A stretch of DNA of 64,000 nucleotides from Vicinamibacteria bacterium (lineage in GTDB: Bacteria; Acidobacteriota; Vicinamibacteria; Marinacidobacterales; Marinacidobacteraceae), in the NCBI GenBank assembly GCA_963668695.2, contig CAXXLQ010000004.1:480001-544000 (forward strand). The letters run 5' to 3'. Of this stretch, positions 30,089 through 39,677 are shown one piece after another; within the stretch, counting starts at the first letter, position 1; every line of letters begins with the position of its first letter. The notes beneath the pieces are model-generated. The model saw only the letters and a program-made list of their open reading frames with translations, did no database searches and had not been told where the DNA came from. Made by a program: the position numbers and the translations under genes.

Positions 30089-30469
30089 ATGAACGCCGTG
30101 CTCAGCGGCCGGCATCAGGGATTTGCGCTCCTCGCGCTGTCGGCGATCAGCCTGGGCGTCTCCGTTCTGCTCCGGGAGCTGGCCGGAGACGTCACCCTCT
30201 GCGGCGTCAAGGCCCTGTCGGGGCTGCCCTGTCCGTTCTGCGGCGGTGTCCGCGCCACGGCGGCGCTCGGACGCGGCGCACTCGTGGAGGCGTTCGGCTG
30301 GAATCCGGCGCTCACCCTGCTCCACGCCGGGATGGTCATTAGCGGAGCGGCGCTGGTCCTGGGAGTGACGCCGCCGTGGTTCGCTCCCGACCGCCAGCGG
30401 TTCGTGTTCCGCGCCGCGATCGCCATCCTGCTGGTGAACTGGGTCTATCTGGTGGTAGCGGGCCGCTGA
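30089..30469 (+). CDS. DUF2752-family membrane protein
   Basis: LCGVKALSGLPCPFCGGVRA...AFGWNP motif and TM helices. Confidence 0.8.
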   Translation: MNAVLSGRHQGFALLALSAISLGVSVLLRELAGDVTLCGVKALSGLPCPFCGGVRATAALGRGALVEAFGWNPALTLLHAGMVISGAALVLGVTPPWFAPDRQRFVFRAAIAILLVNWVYLVVAGR

Positions 30470-30505
30470 AGGCCTCCGGCGGGTGGATGCCGGGGCGGGC
30501 CGGAC

Positions 30506-31183
30506 TCACCCGGCGGCTTCGACATATACCCGCACCTTCAGACGCGTCGCTCCACGCGAGCCGTTGGACCGGATGGTGAGCCAGCGCTCCAGCACGCCCC
30601 GGTAACGCCGGGTTTCGAGGGTCACCCTGAGTGTCGCCGCCTCCCCCGGAGGGATCACCATGCGGTCGGTCACCGCCGCCGCGCACGCGCATGCCGAGGC
30701 GATGCGGCCGATCTCCAGATCCCGCTGTCCGGTGTTCTTCAGAGCGAACTCGCGAACGAGCACCTCACCGGGGGCCGCCCGCCCGAAGTCCCACTCCCCG
30801 GGCTCGATCTCGAGGCGCGGCCCCCGCTGAAGGGCGTTCCCGGAAGCCGCCGCGAAACCTCCGAAGAGCGCCGCGGCGAGAAGGCAAGCCAGCGCTAGCA
30901 GCCCGTGGTGGAACTCGCGTGAGCGCCGAGAGCGGTGAGGCCCAGTTCTCCCGGTGGGGCCAGTCCTCCCGGTGGGGGCCCGGCTGACAAGGCGCGCGAG
31001 GGAGGAGCCCCCACCGGGAGAACTGGCCCGAGTGTATTTCGACCGAAGCGCAACGCAGAGCGCCGCAAAGCGCCAGTTCTCCCGGTGGGGGGGCGGTTCA
31101 GACGGGATGCATCGCCGCTCGAGCCCCCACCGGGAGAACTGGGCCGCGTGAGTTTCACCACGGGCTGGTCGACTTCGTTTCAA
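30506..31183 (-). CDS. DUF1573-domain secreted protein whose signal peptide is interrupted in frame by a MITE
   Basis: WDFG, F.LKNTG..DLEI, SACAC, IPPGE, IRSN; AGGAGG RBS before TTG 31183. Confidence 0.75.
   Translation of the reverse strand: MKRSRPARGETHAAQFSRWGLERRCIPSEPPPHRENWRFAALCVALRSKYTRASSPGGGSSLARLVSRAPTGRTGPTGRTGPHRSRRSREFHHGLLALACLLAAALFGGFAAASGNALQRGPRLEIEPGEWDFGRAAPGEVLVREFALKNTGQRDLEIGRIASACACAAAVTDRMVIPPGEAATLRVTLETRRYRGVLERWLTIRSNGSRGATRLKVRVYVEAAG
30895..31171. mobile_element. MITE family A copy carrying five 19-bp micro-insertions
   Basis: CTAG-CAGCCCGTGG...CCACGGGCTG and the family core. Confidence 0.88.
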
Positions 31184-31187
31184 CCGA

Positions 31188-31466
31188 TCAGTCCTCCTGG
31201 TCAGAGGTTTCGACCATCCTGAGAAAGGCCGCGAGTCGCTCGTTCTCATAGCGGACGACGTTCAGGAACACGCTTTCTATCAGGTAGCTGCGGCGCTCGC
31301 CGGCATCCATCTCGTCCACGAGGTGGCTGATCTCCCGGGTCATGGCCTCGTAGGTGTTGCGGAACTCGCTCCGCACCGAGACCTCGCGGTAGAGCGCCTC
31401 AAGAATCGCGAGCAGGTCGCCATCGAGCTCGATTTCGCGGCCGCCCCGCATTTGAATGGACCGCAT
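31188..31466 (-). CDS. Hypothetical protein (92 aa)
   Basis: TGATG coupling to the upstream STAS gene; protein-like composition. Confidence 0.65.
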   Translation of the reverse strand: MRSIQMRGGREIELDGDLLAILEALYREVSVRSEFRNTYEAMTREISHLVDEMDAGERRSYLIESVFLNVVRYENERLAAFLRMVETSDQED

Positions 31467-31825
31467 CAATCGTTCCCCCCAGAGCTTCCCACAAGGGCGC
31501 GAACCGCCTCCTCCGCCGATCCGTAGATCGGAATGAACTCGTGGGCCCCCGTCATCCTGAGCATTCTCTCCACCCGTTCCATGACCCCCGAGAGGGCGAT
31601 CCGGCCCCGGTTTGCCGAGGCCCGCCGGTAGAGGTCCATGAAGCACCCTATCGCAGCCGAATCCAGATAGTTCACCGGCGAGAGATCGAAGACCACCGCC
31701 GGCCGGTCGGCTTCGAGGTGGGCGCCGACCTGCTCCACAAAGGAATCGAGGGTGGCGTAGACAAGGCGGGCGACTTCGACGCGAACCACTACGGCGCTGC
31801 CGTCGGTGCGAGTGCTGAGTTTCAT
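31466..31825 (-). CDS. STAS-domain anti-sigma factor antagonist
   Basis: VVFDLSPVNYLDSAAIG, VERMLRMTG. Confidence 0.85.
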   Translation of the reverse strand: MKLSTRTDGSAVVVRVEVARLVYATLDSFVEQVGAHLEADRPAVVFDLSPVNYLDSAAIGCFMDLYRRASANRGRIALSGVMERVERMLRMTGAHEFIPIYGSAEEAVRALVGSSGGND

Positions 31826-31839
31826 GACGTGAATCTCCG

Positions 31840-32511
31840 TTAGCCGTTGGAACCGGGCGGCCGGCCGGGCGCGCTCCTGGAAGCGATGAGGAGACGCTTC
31901 AACTCGGCGCGCCCCCGGTGGATGCGGCTCTTGACGGTTCCCTCGGGGACGCCGAGGCGGTCGCGGATCTCCTCGTACGGCATCTCCTGGAAGAACCGGA
32001 GTTGCACCACTTCCCGAAGCTTGGGGGACAGGCCATCCAGTGCCGCCAGCAGACTGGCGCGCGCTTCGCGCCGTTCCAGGACGCGGTCCGGGCCGAGGAG
32101 CGCATTCCCGGGAGTGCGTTCCAGCGGAGCCTCGTCCGGGAGCAGCCGCTGCCGCTCGCGGACCTTCGACCGGTAGCGGTCTATGCAGTAGTTCCGGGCG
32201 ACGGAGTTCAGCCACACGGCGAAATGCGCCCGCGGGTCGAAGCGGTGCAGTTGGTGGTAGACCCGGACAATGATCTCCTGGGTCAGCTCTTCGGCCTCCT
32301 GGTACTGGCCGGTAAAGCGATAGGCCATCGAGAAGAGACGCCGACGATGCCGCCCGATGAGGTCAGTCCACGCGGTATCGGGGTCCAGTTCGCCAGCCCG
32401 GAGCGCCCGGATGGTTACGATGTCCTGTGAATTACGAAAGTCATCCGTTTCAGGTCCATCGCGGGCGCCGGCGGAGACTGCGGTCGGGTCGATGGTGGTG
32501 AACTCGGTCAG
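31840..32511 (-). CDS. ECF RNA polymerase sigma-70 factor; start codon uncertain
   Basis: Region 2 AEELTQE..FAVWLNSVARNYCID and region 4 YEEI..LGVPEGTVKSRIHRGR; homology extends upstream of the first ATG (32328). Confidence 0.85.
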   Translation of the reverse strand: MTEFTTIDPTAVSAGARDGPETDDFRNSQDIVTIRALRAGELDPDTAWTDLIGRHRRRLFSMAYRFTGQYQEAEELTQEIIVRVYHQLHRFDPRAHFAVWLNSVARNYCIDRYRSKVRERQRLLPDEAPLERTPGNALLGPDRVLERREARASLLAALDGLSPKLREVVQLRFFQEMPYEEIRDRLGVPEGTVKSRIHRGRAELKRLLIASRSAPGRPPGSNG

Positions 32512-32528
32512 GATGAACGGTCGACGGG

Positions 32529-32715
32529 CTAGCAGTCGGTGGTGGAACCCACGTGAGCGCCGAGGCCGGTGAGGCGCCCGGCTGACAAGGCGCGTGAGGG
32601 AGGAATACCCGGTGTATTTCGACCGAAACGCAACGATGAGCGGCGCGCAGCGACGCGGTTCAGCCGGGATGGATCGCCGGCCGAACGCCGCGTGGGTTTC
32701 GCCACAGGCTGCTAG
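32529..32715. mobile_element. MITE family A copy with CTAG ends; the right CTAG is the stop codon of the adjacent gene
   Basis: CTAG-CAGTCGGTGG...CCACAGGCTG-CTAG, 187 bp. Confidence 0.9.
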
Positions 32716-33533
32716 GTCTCAGGAACTTCGGGGCGCCCCGCCGCCACCCAGGCGGTGTACCAGAGACTCGCAGTGTTGCGCGCCGCGTCGGTCGTCAGCG
32801 CTCCAATCAACCCGCCGAGCTCGTTCCACATGCCGTCCATGTAGAACCGGTCGAAGCCGGCGACCCCCCGGCGCGACATCAAGTCCGTGAAGATGATGTT
32901 GTCCACCCAGATGTACGCCTTGAGCGGCAGCGAGCGGATGAACTCGTGCGGCCGATCGAGATACAGGGCGGCCGAGTCGCGCACCCGCAGCTTGTCGGCG
33001 AAGATCTCGATGAGTTGGGTGTCGAAGCGGCGGGCGAGACCGTCCTGTTGGGTGGCCTGTCCGTCTCCGGCGGCGGAAGTGTTCGGCGGAACCGCGAGTT
33101 CGCCTACGAGCCAGGCCACGTCGCTGGCGCGTTCCAGCGCGAGATCGAAGTCGGCCTCCTCGAACGCCTCGACGAGGGCGTCATGCGCTTCCAGAAGCCG
33201 CCAGAGCGCGTCGCCGTGTTCGGCGATCTCCTCCTCGGAAAAGCGCCTCAGCGCCAATTCGCGCGTTGCCGGTACGTCCCAGAAGGGAAACTCGTCGTAA
33301 CGCTCGAGGAAAAAGTGCGCCGGGTCGCGGCTGCGCGCCGGATCGTCGAGCAGTTCGTAAAACGTCTCCTCACGATCCTCGAAGAACTCCTTGAGGGGAT
33401 CGCGAAGGGATTCGATCGCCTTCTCTCCGATCTCCCGATGGCCCTCCGGGCCCCAGGACATGGCCGGACCAGCCCATACGGCCAGGCACGTGAAAGCCGT
33501 GAGCGCGCGAACCCGGCGCCGCGTGGTTTCCAT
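32712..33533 (-). CDS. Secreted S1/P1 nuclease or Zn-dependent phospholipase C-like protein (degenerate)
   Basis: Signal peptide followed by mature N-terminal WGPEGH, then HFFLE, HGDALW, SLWYTAW. Confidence 0.65.
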   Translation of the reverse strand: METTRRRVRALTAFTCLAVWAGPAMSWGPEGHREIGEKAIESLRDPLKEFFEDREETFYELLDDPARSRDPAHFFLERYDEFPFWDVPATRELALRRFSEEEIAEHGDALWRLLEAHDALVEAFEEADFDLALERASDVAWLVGELAVPPNTSAAGDGQATQQDGLARRFDTQLIEIFADKLRVRDSAALYLDRPHEFIRSLPLKAYIWVDNIIFTDLMSRRGVAGFDRFYMDGMWNELGGLIGALTTDAARNTASLWYTAWVAAGRPEVPET

Positions 33534-33669
33534 GAGTAGTAAAGGCGATTGTCGCGTGGACGGCCGGACGAATTCTAGCCAGTGGCGGCGACCGGCGGAG
33601 TTTGCGCGGCTGGGAGCCCGAAGAGCCGCGTCGGCGCAGGGCAATCCGTGAACAAAGTCGCGCGAGCGC

Positions 33670-34108
33670 TTAACAGCCTGTGGTGGAACCCGGGTGAGCG
33701 CCGAGGTCGGTGAGGGGCCCGGCTGACAAGGCGCGTGAGGGAGGAGCCCCCACCGGGAGAACTGGCCCGGGTGTATTCCGACCGAAACGCAACGATGAGC
33801 GGCGCGAAGCAACGCGGTTGATGGACAGCCGGTCACCGGTGGATGGATCGCCGGCCGAACGCCGCCTGGGTTTTGCCACAGGCTGTTAACAGCCTGTGGT
33901 GGAACCCGGGTGAGCGCCGAGGTCGGTGAGGGGCCCGGCTGACAAGGCGCGTGAGGGAGGAGCCCCCACCGGGAGAACTGGCCCGGGTGTATTCCGACCG
34001 AAACGCAACGATGAGCGGCGCGAAGCAACGCGGTTCAGCCGGGATGGATCGCCGGCCGAGCCCCCACCGGGAGAACTGGGCCGCCCGGGTTTCACCACAG
34101 GCTGTTCA
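33670..34108. mobile_element. Two tandem MITE family A copies (33670-33889, 33886-34108) sharing a TTAA
   Basis: First ~145 bp of the two copies are identical; TTAA junctions; three micro-insertions. Confidence 0.9.
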
Positions 34109-34168
34109 ACGCCCAGCGGGAGAACCGGGCCGAGTACCTTTGTCCACGGGGCTGCCAGGACCGGCTGG

Positions 34169-34978
34169 TCAGGCCCCGCCCGAGCCCATGCTCCGGGCCA
34201 CCGTCAGGACATCCACCGGCCCGGCGCCAGCCCGGATCAGGGTCCGTACGGCCGCCTCCACGGTGCTCCCGGTAGTGAACACGTCGTCAACCAGAAGGAG
34301 GGGCCGGCCAACCAGTTGTTCAGGAAGCCGCCTTACCCGAAAAGCCCCCCGGACATTGCGGCGGCGGGCGCTCGGGGTGACCAGGGTTTGCGGAGGTCGA
34401 GCTCGCCGGCGCAGCACACTCCGCACCAGCGGAATCCCGAGCGCCCGGGCGACCGGCCTGGCGAGTTGTTCCGCCTGGTTGAACCCTCGACGTCGGCGGC
34501 GCCAGAACGGCAGGGGAACCGGGAGGACGGCGGCGGGAAGCATCGCCTCGCCGCCGGCTTCGCGATCCCTGGAAGCGTGACGGAAGGCGTAAGCGGCAGG
34601 CCCTGCCAGAAGCTCGGCGAGCACCTCCCGACGCCGGAACTTCAATTCAAGCAGGGCCCGCTGAAACACACCCTCGTAGGGCGCCGCCGCCACCGCCATC
34701 CGGAAAGGCCGCTTACGCACCCGGCATTCACCGCAGAGCCCCGGCGCCGCCGAAGGAGCGAAGAACAGGCCGCATTTCGGGCAGGCGGGGGCCGTCAGGG
34801 GACGGAGCCGGTCCACACACCCGGGGCACACCGGGCTGAGCAGGGGGTCCTCGAGAAATCCTTCACAAAGGCAGCAGCCCCGGGGGAAGAGGAGTTGTCC
34901 GAAACAACGCCTCCACCGCATTGCGAAGGATCCTCCCGCGGAATCCGGCAGGCGCCTCGGGTAGGGCTGCTCGGCCAT
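34169..34978 (-). CDS. comF: ComF-family phosphoribosyltransferase-like competence protein
   Basis: Double zinc ribbon, PVPL...RRGFNQA, RRRNVRGAF, LLVDDVFTTGST; start may be 34921. Confidence 0.88.
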   Translation of the reverse strand: MAEQPYPRRLPDSAGGSFAMRWRRCFGQLLFPRGCCLCEGFLEDPLLSPVCPGCVDRLRPLTAPACPKCGLFFAPSAAPGLCGECRVRKRPFRMAVAAAPYEGVFQRALLELKFRRREVLAELLAGPAAYAFRHASRDREAGGEAMLPAAVLPVPLPFWRRRRRGFNQAEQLARPVARALGIPLVRSVLRRRARPPQTLVTPSARRRNVRGAFRVRRLPEQLVGRPLLLVDDVFTTGSTVEAAVRTLIRAGAGPVDVLTVARSMGSGGA

Positions 34979-35055
34979 GGAACGCAAACCCTTGCGGGAG
35001 GGGGGAGAGGAGGCCTGAGGCAAGCGAACTCCGCGGCGAGGACGCGAGAAGCCTT

Positions 35056-35873
35056 TTAGAGGATCCGGTAGTCCGTCAGGACACCGGCGGCGCACAACCT
35101 GACGTAGAGGTCCGTGACCATTACCCAGACCAGGCTCGCCCACGCGAAGTTCAGGTGGCGCAGATTCAGCCAGCTCATGCAGTCATAGGCGCACCGGCGC
35201 AGCGGCCGTCCCGACAGCCGGTCGAGGAACCCGCCCGCCAGGTGCCGCAACGAGTGACATCCCAAGGTGTATCCCGCGAGCAGCGCGGCGTTCACGGCCA
35301 TCACCACGGTTCCGACTCCGACGCCGAAGGAGACCTCCCCGGTGGCAGGATCGGCGAACTGGGTCGCTCCCCAGGTGTAGTAGAGATGGAATCCGATGAA
35401 GACCACCGCGACGTAGAGGAAGTAGCGGTGGACGTTTTGCAGGATGAGCGGGAAGCTGTTCTCGCCGCGGTAGACGTTCCACGGTTTGCCCACCGTGCAG
35501 GAGGCCGGACTGGCCCAGAAAGCCTTGTAGTACGAACCGCGGTAGTAGTAGCAGGTAAGTCGCAGCCCCGCCGGCGCCCAGAACAGGAACACACCCGGCG
35601 TCCAGGGCAGCAGAGCCGGCCACGCCGCGGGTTTCGGTCCGAACCAGGCGTGGGCCGTATCACCGAAGAGCACCGGCACGTGGATGGGCGATACGTAGTT
35701 GCCGAACTCCGCACCGTGATGCGCGAAGACCGCCCAGGTCGAATAGACGACGAAGACGCTAAGGCCAACGAAGTGGCCGTCGGTGTGATCCACCAGGGAT
35801 CGCGGCGCCTCGTGGCCCCGAAACGCTGCGGAACGGGTAGGACACCGCTGAGTCGGGGGAGCAATCGAGCCAC
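35056..35873 (-). pseudogene. Succinate dehydrogenase membrane-anchor-like gene (Rv0249c type) with an apparent frameshift near 35772
   Basis: RLTCYYYRGSYYKAFW, FPLILQNVHRYF, YTLGCHSLRH; the family-like N-terminal FGATRRRDPWW lies in a different frame from the body. Confidence 0.6.
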
Positions 35874-35886
35874 GCGGGCAGGAATT

Positions 35887-36073
35887 CTAGCGGCCTGTGG
35901 ACAAAGTGGCGTGAGCGCCGAGGCCGGTGAGGCGCCCGGCTGACAAGGCGCGCGAGGGAGGAATACCTGGTGTATTTCGACCGAAGCGCAACGATGAGCG
36001 ACGCGACGCGGCGTGGTTCAGCCGGGATGGATCGCCGGCCGAACGCCGCGTGACCTTGTCCACAGGCTGCTAG
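35887..36073. mobile_element. MITE family A copy with CTAG ends
   Basis: CTAG-CGGCCTGTGG...CCACAGGCTG-CTAG, 187 bp. Confidence 0.9.
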
Positions 36074-36076
36074 GCC

Positions 36077-36131
36077 AGGAGCGCCGGTCTTCAGACCGGC
36101 ATCGTGGCCCGAAGGGCCGCGAAACTCCCAA
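36077..36131. repeat. REP-like family B copy, empty allele
   Basis: GGAGCGCCGGTCTTCAGACCGGCATCGTGGCCCGAAGGGCCGCGAAACTCCC, two adjacent hairpins. Confidence 0.75.
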
Positions 36132-36193
36132 ACTCAGCCACGCCCATCACCCGGACCCAACCCGGGACGGCGTAGCGCCGCTGCCCCGAAGGG

Positions 36194-37549
36194 TCAGACG
36201 GCCAGGGGCGGGGATCCCTCTGGCTCGCCGACGGGTACCCGGGGTCCCTCCTCCACGTCGAGATGCACTCCTCCGTACGTTCCGCACTCCGCGCAGGTAT
36301 CGCGCCAGTCCGGGCTGCGGGTTCCGCACACGGAACAGCTGTACTCGGCGGAAAGTGCCGGCTCCGCGGAAATGACCTCCCGGGCTCGGATCACCGCTTC
36401 GGCCAGATCGCCGCGGCCCTCCAGGATGCGCGAGAGGCGGGCGCCAAGTGCCGGGGCAGCCGACCGGGGCAGGTTGGCGAACATCTTGAGGGCATCGTCC
36501 AGCATGTAGAGGCGGTCGTACAGCTTTCCGAGCAGGTACTGGCTGTCGCCCGGGTTCTCAGCGGCGGTGATCGCTCGCTTCCAGACCGAGATCGCGTCCT
36601 CGGGACAGGTCCGGTCCAGGTAGTAGTCCTGGAGCGCGGAGAGGGGCGCCGTGGCTCCCGTCAGGTCGAACGCCTTCTGCCAGGTCTCGACGGCAGCCCT
36701 TTCGTTACCCCCGGCCAGGTACGCCTCCCCGAGGCGCACCCAGGCGGGTACAGCGCCGGGATCCTCCTCAAGGATGGCCCGGAAGACCCGCGCCGCCTCG
36801 GCCGGCTCGCCGTTGTCGAGCAGTTCCCTGCCGTACCTATGCCGGAGCGACAGCGTGCGCTGCTCTTCCGCAGCGCGGGCGGAGGGAGGAACGTGAGACA
36901 CCAGTTGCTGCTGGACCGACAGGGCGGCCTGGTTCTCGCCCGAGTCGACGAGGATGTCCCGCAACCGGGCGAGGGCCGTGATCGGAGCCTCGGGATCCTC
37001 GGAAATCGTTTTCTCGAGCAGCGCACGCGCCTGCTCCGGTTCTCCCATCGCCACCCGGGCCTCGGCCAGCGCGTACGACACCTCGCGATTCCCGCGATCC
37101 TCGGCCGCGGCCTGCTCCAGCGCTTCCGCAGCTTTTTCCGGCCGGCCGAGGCGTATGAGGCAATCGGCCTTGCGGCGGAGTGTCTTGATGTCGGCTCCCG
37201 CGTACTCCTGGGCGGCCTCGAAGCTCAGCAGCGCCTCCGGCCAGCGTCCGGATGCCATCTCATCGAGCCCGTCGAGATGCAGCCGCTCGCCCTCCTCGAG
37301 ATCCTGACGACCGCGGCGGAGGCGCCGTTCCCGAACCAGCCGCCGAACGCGTCCCGCGAGATCGAAAGCCAGCGCGACGGCGGCCCCGAGGCCCACGCCG
37401 CCGAGCATGACCTTCCAGAGTTCCACCCGAATCGGAAGGAAGAGCGGCAGGGTGACAGTCACGAACTGCGCGTTGGAAGCCACCACCACAACGAGGAAGC
37501 CCGCCGTCAGAAGGACCGCCGCCACAAGCAGCAGGGTGCGAATGCCCAT
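36194..37549 (-). CDS. LapA-LapB-like fusion: membrane anchor, TPR repeats and rubredoxin-type metal site
   Basis: N-terminal TM-N..VTVTL-TM (LapA-like), TPR helices, C-terminal CSVCG...W...CAECG. Confidence 0.75.
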   Translation of the reverse strand: MGIRTLLLVAAVLLTAGFLVVVVASNAQFVTVTLPLFLPIRVELWKVMLGGVGLGAAVALAFDLAGRVRRLVRERRLRRGRQDLEEGERLHLDGLDEMASGRWPEALLSFEAAQEYAGADIKTLRRKADCLIRLGRPEKAAEALEQAAAEDRGNREVSYALAEARVAMGEPEQARALLEKTISEDPEAPITALARLRDILVDSGENQAALSVQQQLVSHVPPSARAAEEQRTLSLRHRYGRELLDNGEPAEAARVFRAILEEDPGAVPAWVRLGEAYLAGGNERAAVETWQKAFDLTGATAPLSALQDYYLDRTCPEDAISVWKRAITAAENPGDSQYLLGKLYDRLYMLDDALKMFANLPRSAAPALGARLSRILEGRGDLAEAVIRAREVISAEPALSAEYSCSVCGTRSPDWRDTCAECGTYGGVHLDVEEGPRVPVGEPEGSPPLAV

Positions 37550-37574
37550 CGGATCTCTATCTTTTGGTCGGATT

Positions 37575-37988
37575 CTAAGGGGTGTCCGGGGTGTCGGCGG
37601 CGGCGGCGGCGACCGCGGGTGGCGGCTCCGGATACCAGCGCCCGGCGTCGCCCCAGAGTCTTTCGAGCTGATACAGCTCGCGGCTCTCCGGCGAGAAGAC
37701 GTGGACCACGAAATCCACGTAGTCAGCGAGCAGCCAGCCGGCGGCCGGATACCCCTCGACGTGGTTGGGCTTTCGGCCAAAACGCTCTCGGAGGCGACGT
37801 TCGACGGCGTCCACGATCGTCCTGCGCCGCCGCTCGCTGCGTGCCGTGCCGATCACGAAGAAATCGGTGAAACCCGCAAGACCCCGGAGGTCGAGTACCA
37901 CCACTTCGTCGGCCTTTTCGATCAGCGCGGCCTCAGCCGATAGCCGGGCGCACGACTCTGCGGTGACGCTGGGAATGGATTCGCTCAA
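37575..37988 (-). CDS. rsfS: Ribosome silencing factor
   Basis: EKA.EVVVLDLRG, TDFFVIGT, WLLADY.DFVVHVF, RELYQLERLWGDA. Confidence 0.92.
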   Translation of the reverse strand: MSESIPSVTAESCARLSAEAALIEKADEVVVLDLRGLAGFTDFFVIGTARSERRRRTIVDAVERRLRERFGRKPNHVEGYPAAGWLLADYVDFVVHVFSPESRELYQLERLWGDAGRWYPEPPPAVAAAAADTPDTP

Positions 37989-38656
37989 CGGTAAAACTCC
38001 TGTTCGGCGATGCGGGAAGCAACCCGGGAAGGCAGGAGATCGGAGACGGAAACCTGCGTACGGAGGAGTTCCCGAATCCGCTGGGACTCGGGATCCGGGA
38101 GGGAAATATCCATGGTGAAGACTCGCGGCGGCGTCAGGGGCAGGGAAAGATCATCAGTGATCCGGGACCGGAAGCGGGCAGGCAGAACGCCGACCGCCTC
38201 CGCGATGGAACATCCCGACCGGCGATGCACGAGGACCGGATGCCGGTTCAACAACTGCTCGTACCGGCTCCAGGTGCGGATTTCCCGGAACGCGTCCGTG
38301 CCGACCACGAACAGCACCGAAGCGCCGGCGCCGCTCGTCCGGGGCCGTTCGGCCGCCAGCGTATCGAGGGTGTCGAGTGTGAAGGACGGACCCTCGCGCT
38401 CGAGCTCGATGGAACTCGCCAGCAGGCGATCCCGGCCGAAGACCGCTTCCTCCACGAGCTGGAGCCGCTGCCGGCCCGAAAGACGCGGCGGCTCGGGGCG
38501 GTGGGGAGGAATCTTCGCCGGCACGAGCCAGACGGCATCGACCCCCATACGGTCGCGAACGGCTTCGGCCGCACGGACATGCCCCCAGTGCGGGGGATCG
38601 AAAGTCCCGCCGAACACCGCAATCACCCCGGGGCGCCGGACGGCAAAGTCCTTCAC
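37985..38656 (-). CDS. nadD: Nicotinate-nucleotide adenylyltransferase
   Basis: FGGTFDPPHWGH, PPH, SFTLDTL, VVGTDAF..W. Confidence 0.9.
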   Translation of the reverse strand: MKDFAVRRPGVIAVFGGTFDPPHWGHVRAAEAVRDRMGVDAVWLVPAKIPPHRPEPPRLSGRQRLQLVEEAVFGRDRLLASSIELEREGPSFTLDTLDTLAAERPRTSGAGASVLFVVGTDAFREIRTWSRYEQLLNRHPVLVHRRSGCSIAEAVGVLPARFRSRITDDLSLPLTPPRVFTMDISLPDPESQRIRELLRTQVSVSDLLPSRVASRIAEQEFYR

Positions 38657-39672
38657 GCCTCGGTCCGCCCTGCGTCGGTTGGCACCACCCGGGCGACAAG
38701 CTCGGCCACCAGGGCGGCGCAGCCCTCGCCGGTTGCCGCCGAGACTGCGAAGAAGGGCAAGCCTCCAGTCGCCGCCGCTCCGGAGAGCGCCTCAAGCCGG
38801 GCATCGTCGGTCAGGATGTCCGTCTTGTTGCCCACGACCAGGGCCGGTTTCCCTGGGAGGTCTCCGCCGTAGAGGGTCACCTCTTGCTGCAGGACGCCGA
38901 GATCGGCCGCCGGCGCCCGCCCCGACGACTCCGAGAGATCCACGAAATAAACCAGGAACGCGGTTCGCGACAGATGTTTCAGAAACCGCGTGCCCAACCC
39001 CGCGCCCTGGCTCGCCCCGGGAATGAGGCCGGGGAGGTCGGCGACCACGAATTCGGCGTCGTCCCCCAGCCGCACGAGCCCCAGATTCGGAGTGAGGGTC
39101 GTGAACGGGTAATCGCCGATGCGCGGCTTGGCAGCGCTCACCCGGGCAATGAAGGAGGACTTGCCGGCATTCGGAAAACCCACGAGGCCCACATCCGCAA
39201 GCAGCTTCAGCTCAAGCCGGACCGTGCGGGCGACCCCTGCCCCGCCGGGCTCGTTGCGCCGGGGCGCCTGGTTGGTGGGTGTCCGGAAGACGGCGTTCCC
39301 TCGTCCTCCGCGACCGCCGGGCGCCACCGTGAGGGAGCTTCCGTCCTCCACGAGATCCCCCAGCAGCACGCCCGTTTCCTCGTCGAAGGCCGCCGTGCCC
39401 GCAGGAATTCGCAGGAGGAGATCCTGCCCCGAACGCCCCTGCCGATTGTTGCCCGACCCGTGCCTCCCGGCTTCGGCCCGGTAGCTGGGCCGGTAGCGAT
39501 ACGCAGCCAGCGTGTGACGCCCCCGATCCGCAACCAGCACCACGCTGCCGCCGCGTCCCCCGTTACCGCCGTCGGGACCGCCCCGCGGCATGAACTTTTC
39601 CCGGCGAAAGCTGAGAGCGCCGTTCCCGCCGCGCCCTCCGGCCAGCTTCAGGACGACCTCGTCAACCAGCAT
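38653..39672 (-). CDS. obgE: GTPase ObgE/CgtA
   Basis: FRREKFMPRGGPDGGNGG, GFPNAGKSS, DYPFTTL, DLPGLI, NKTD. Confidence 0.95.
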   Translation of the reverse strand: MLVDEVVLKLAGGRGGNGALSFRREKFMPRGGPDGGNGGRGGSVVLVADRGRHTLAAYRYRPSYRAEAGRHGSGNNRQGRSGQDLLLRIPAGTAAFDEETGVLLGDLVEDGSSLTVAPGGRGGRGNAVFRTPTNQAPRRNEPGGAGVARTVRLELKLLADVGLVGFPNAGKSSFIARVSAAKPRIGDYPFTTLTPNLGLVRLGDDAEFVVADLPGLIPGASQGAGLGTRFLKHLSRTAFLVYFVDLSESSGRAPAADLGVLQQEVTLYGGDLPGKPALVVGNKTDILTDDARLEALSGAAATGGLPFFAVSAATGEGCAALVAELVARVVPTDAGRTEA

Positions 39673-39677
39673 CAGCC

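Noticed and set aside
29555-31171. Clustered 19-mers read as a CRISPR array
   Set aside because: Copies are in mixed orientations with irregular spacing, the intervening DNA is conserved MITE sequence rather than unique spacers, and there are no cas genes in the window.
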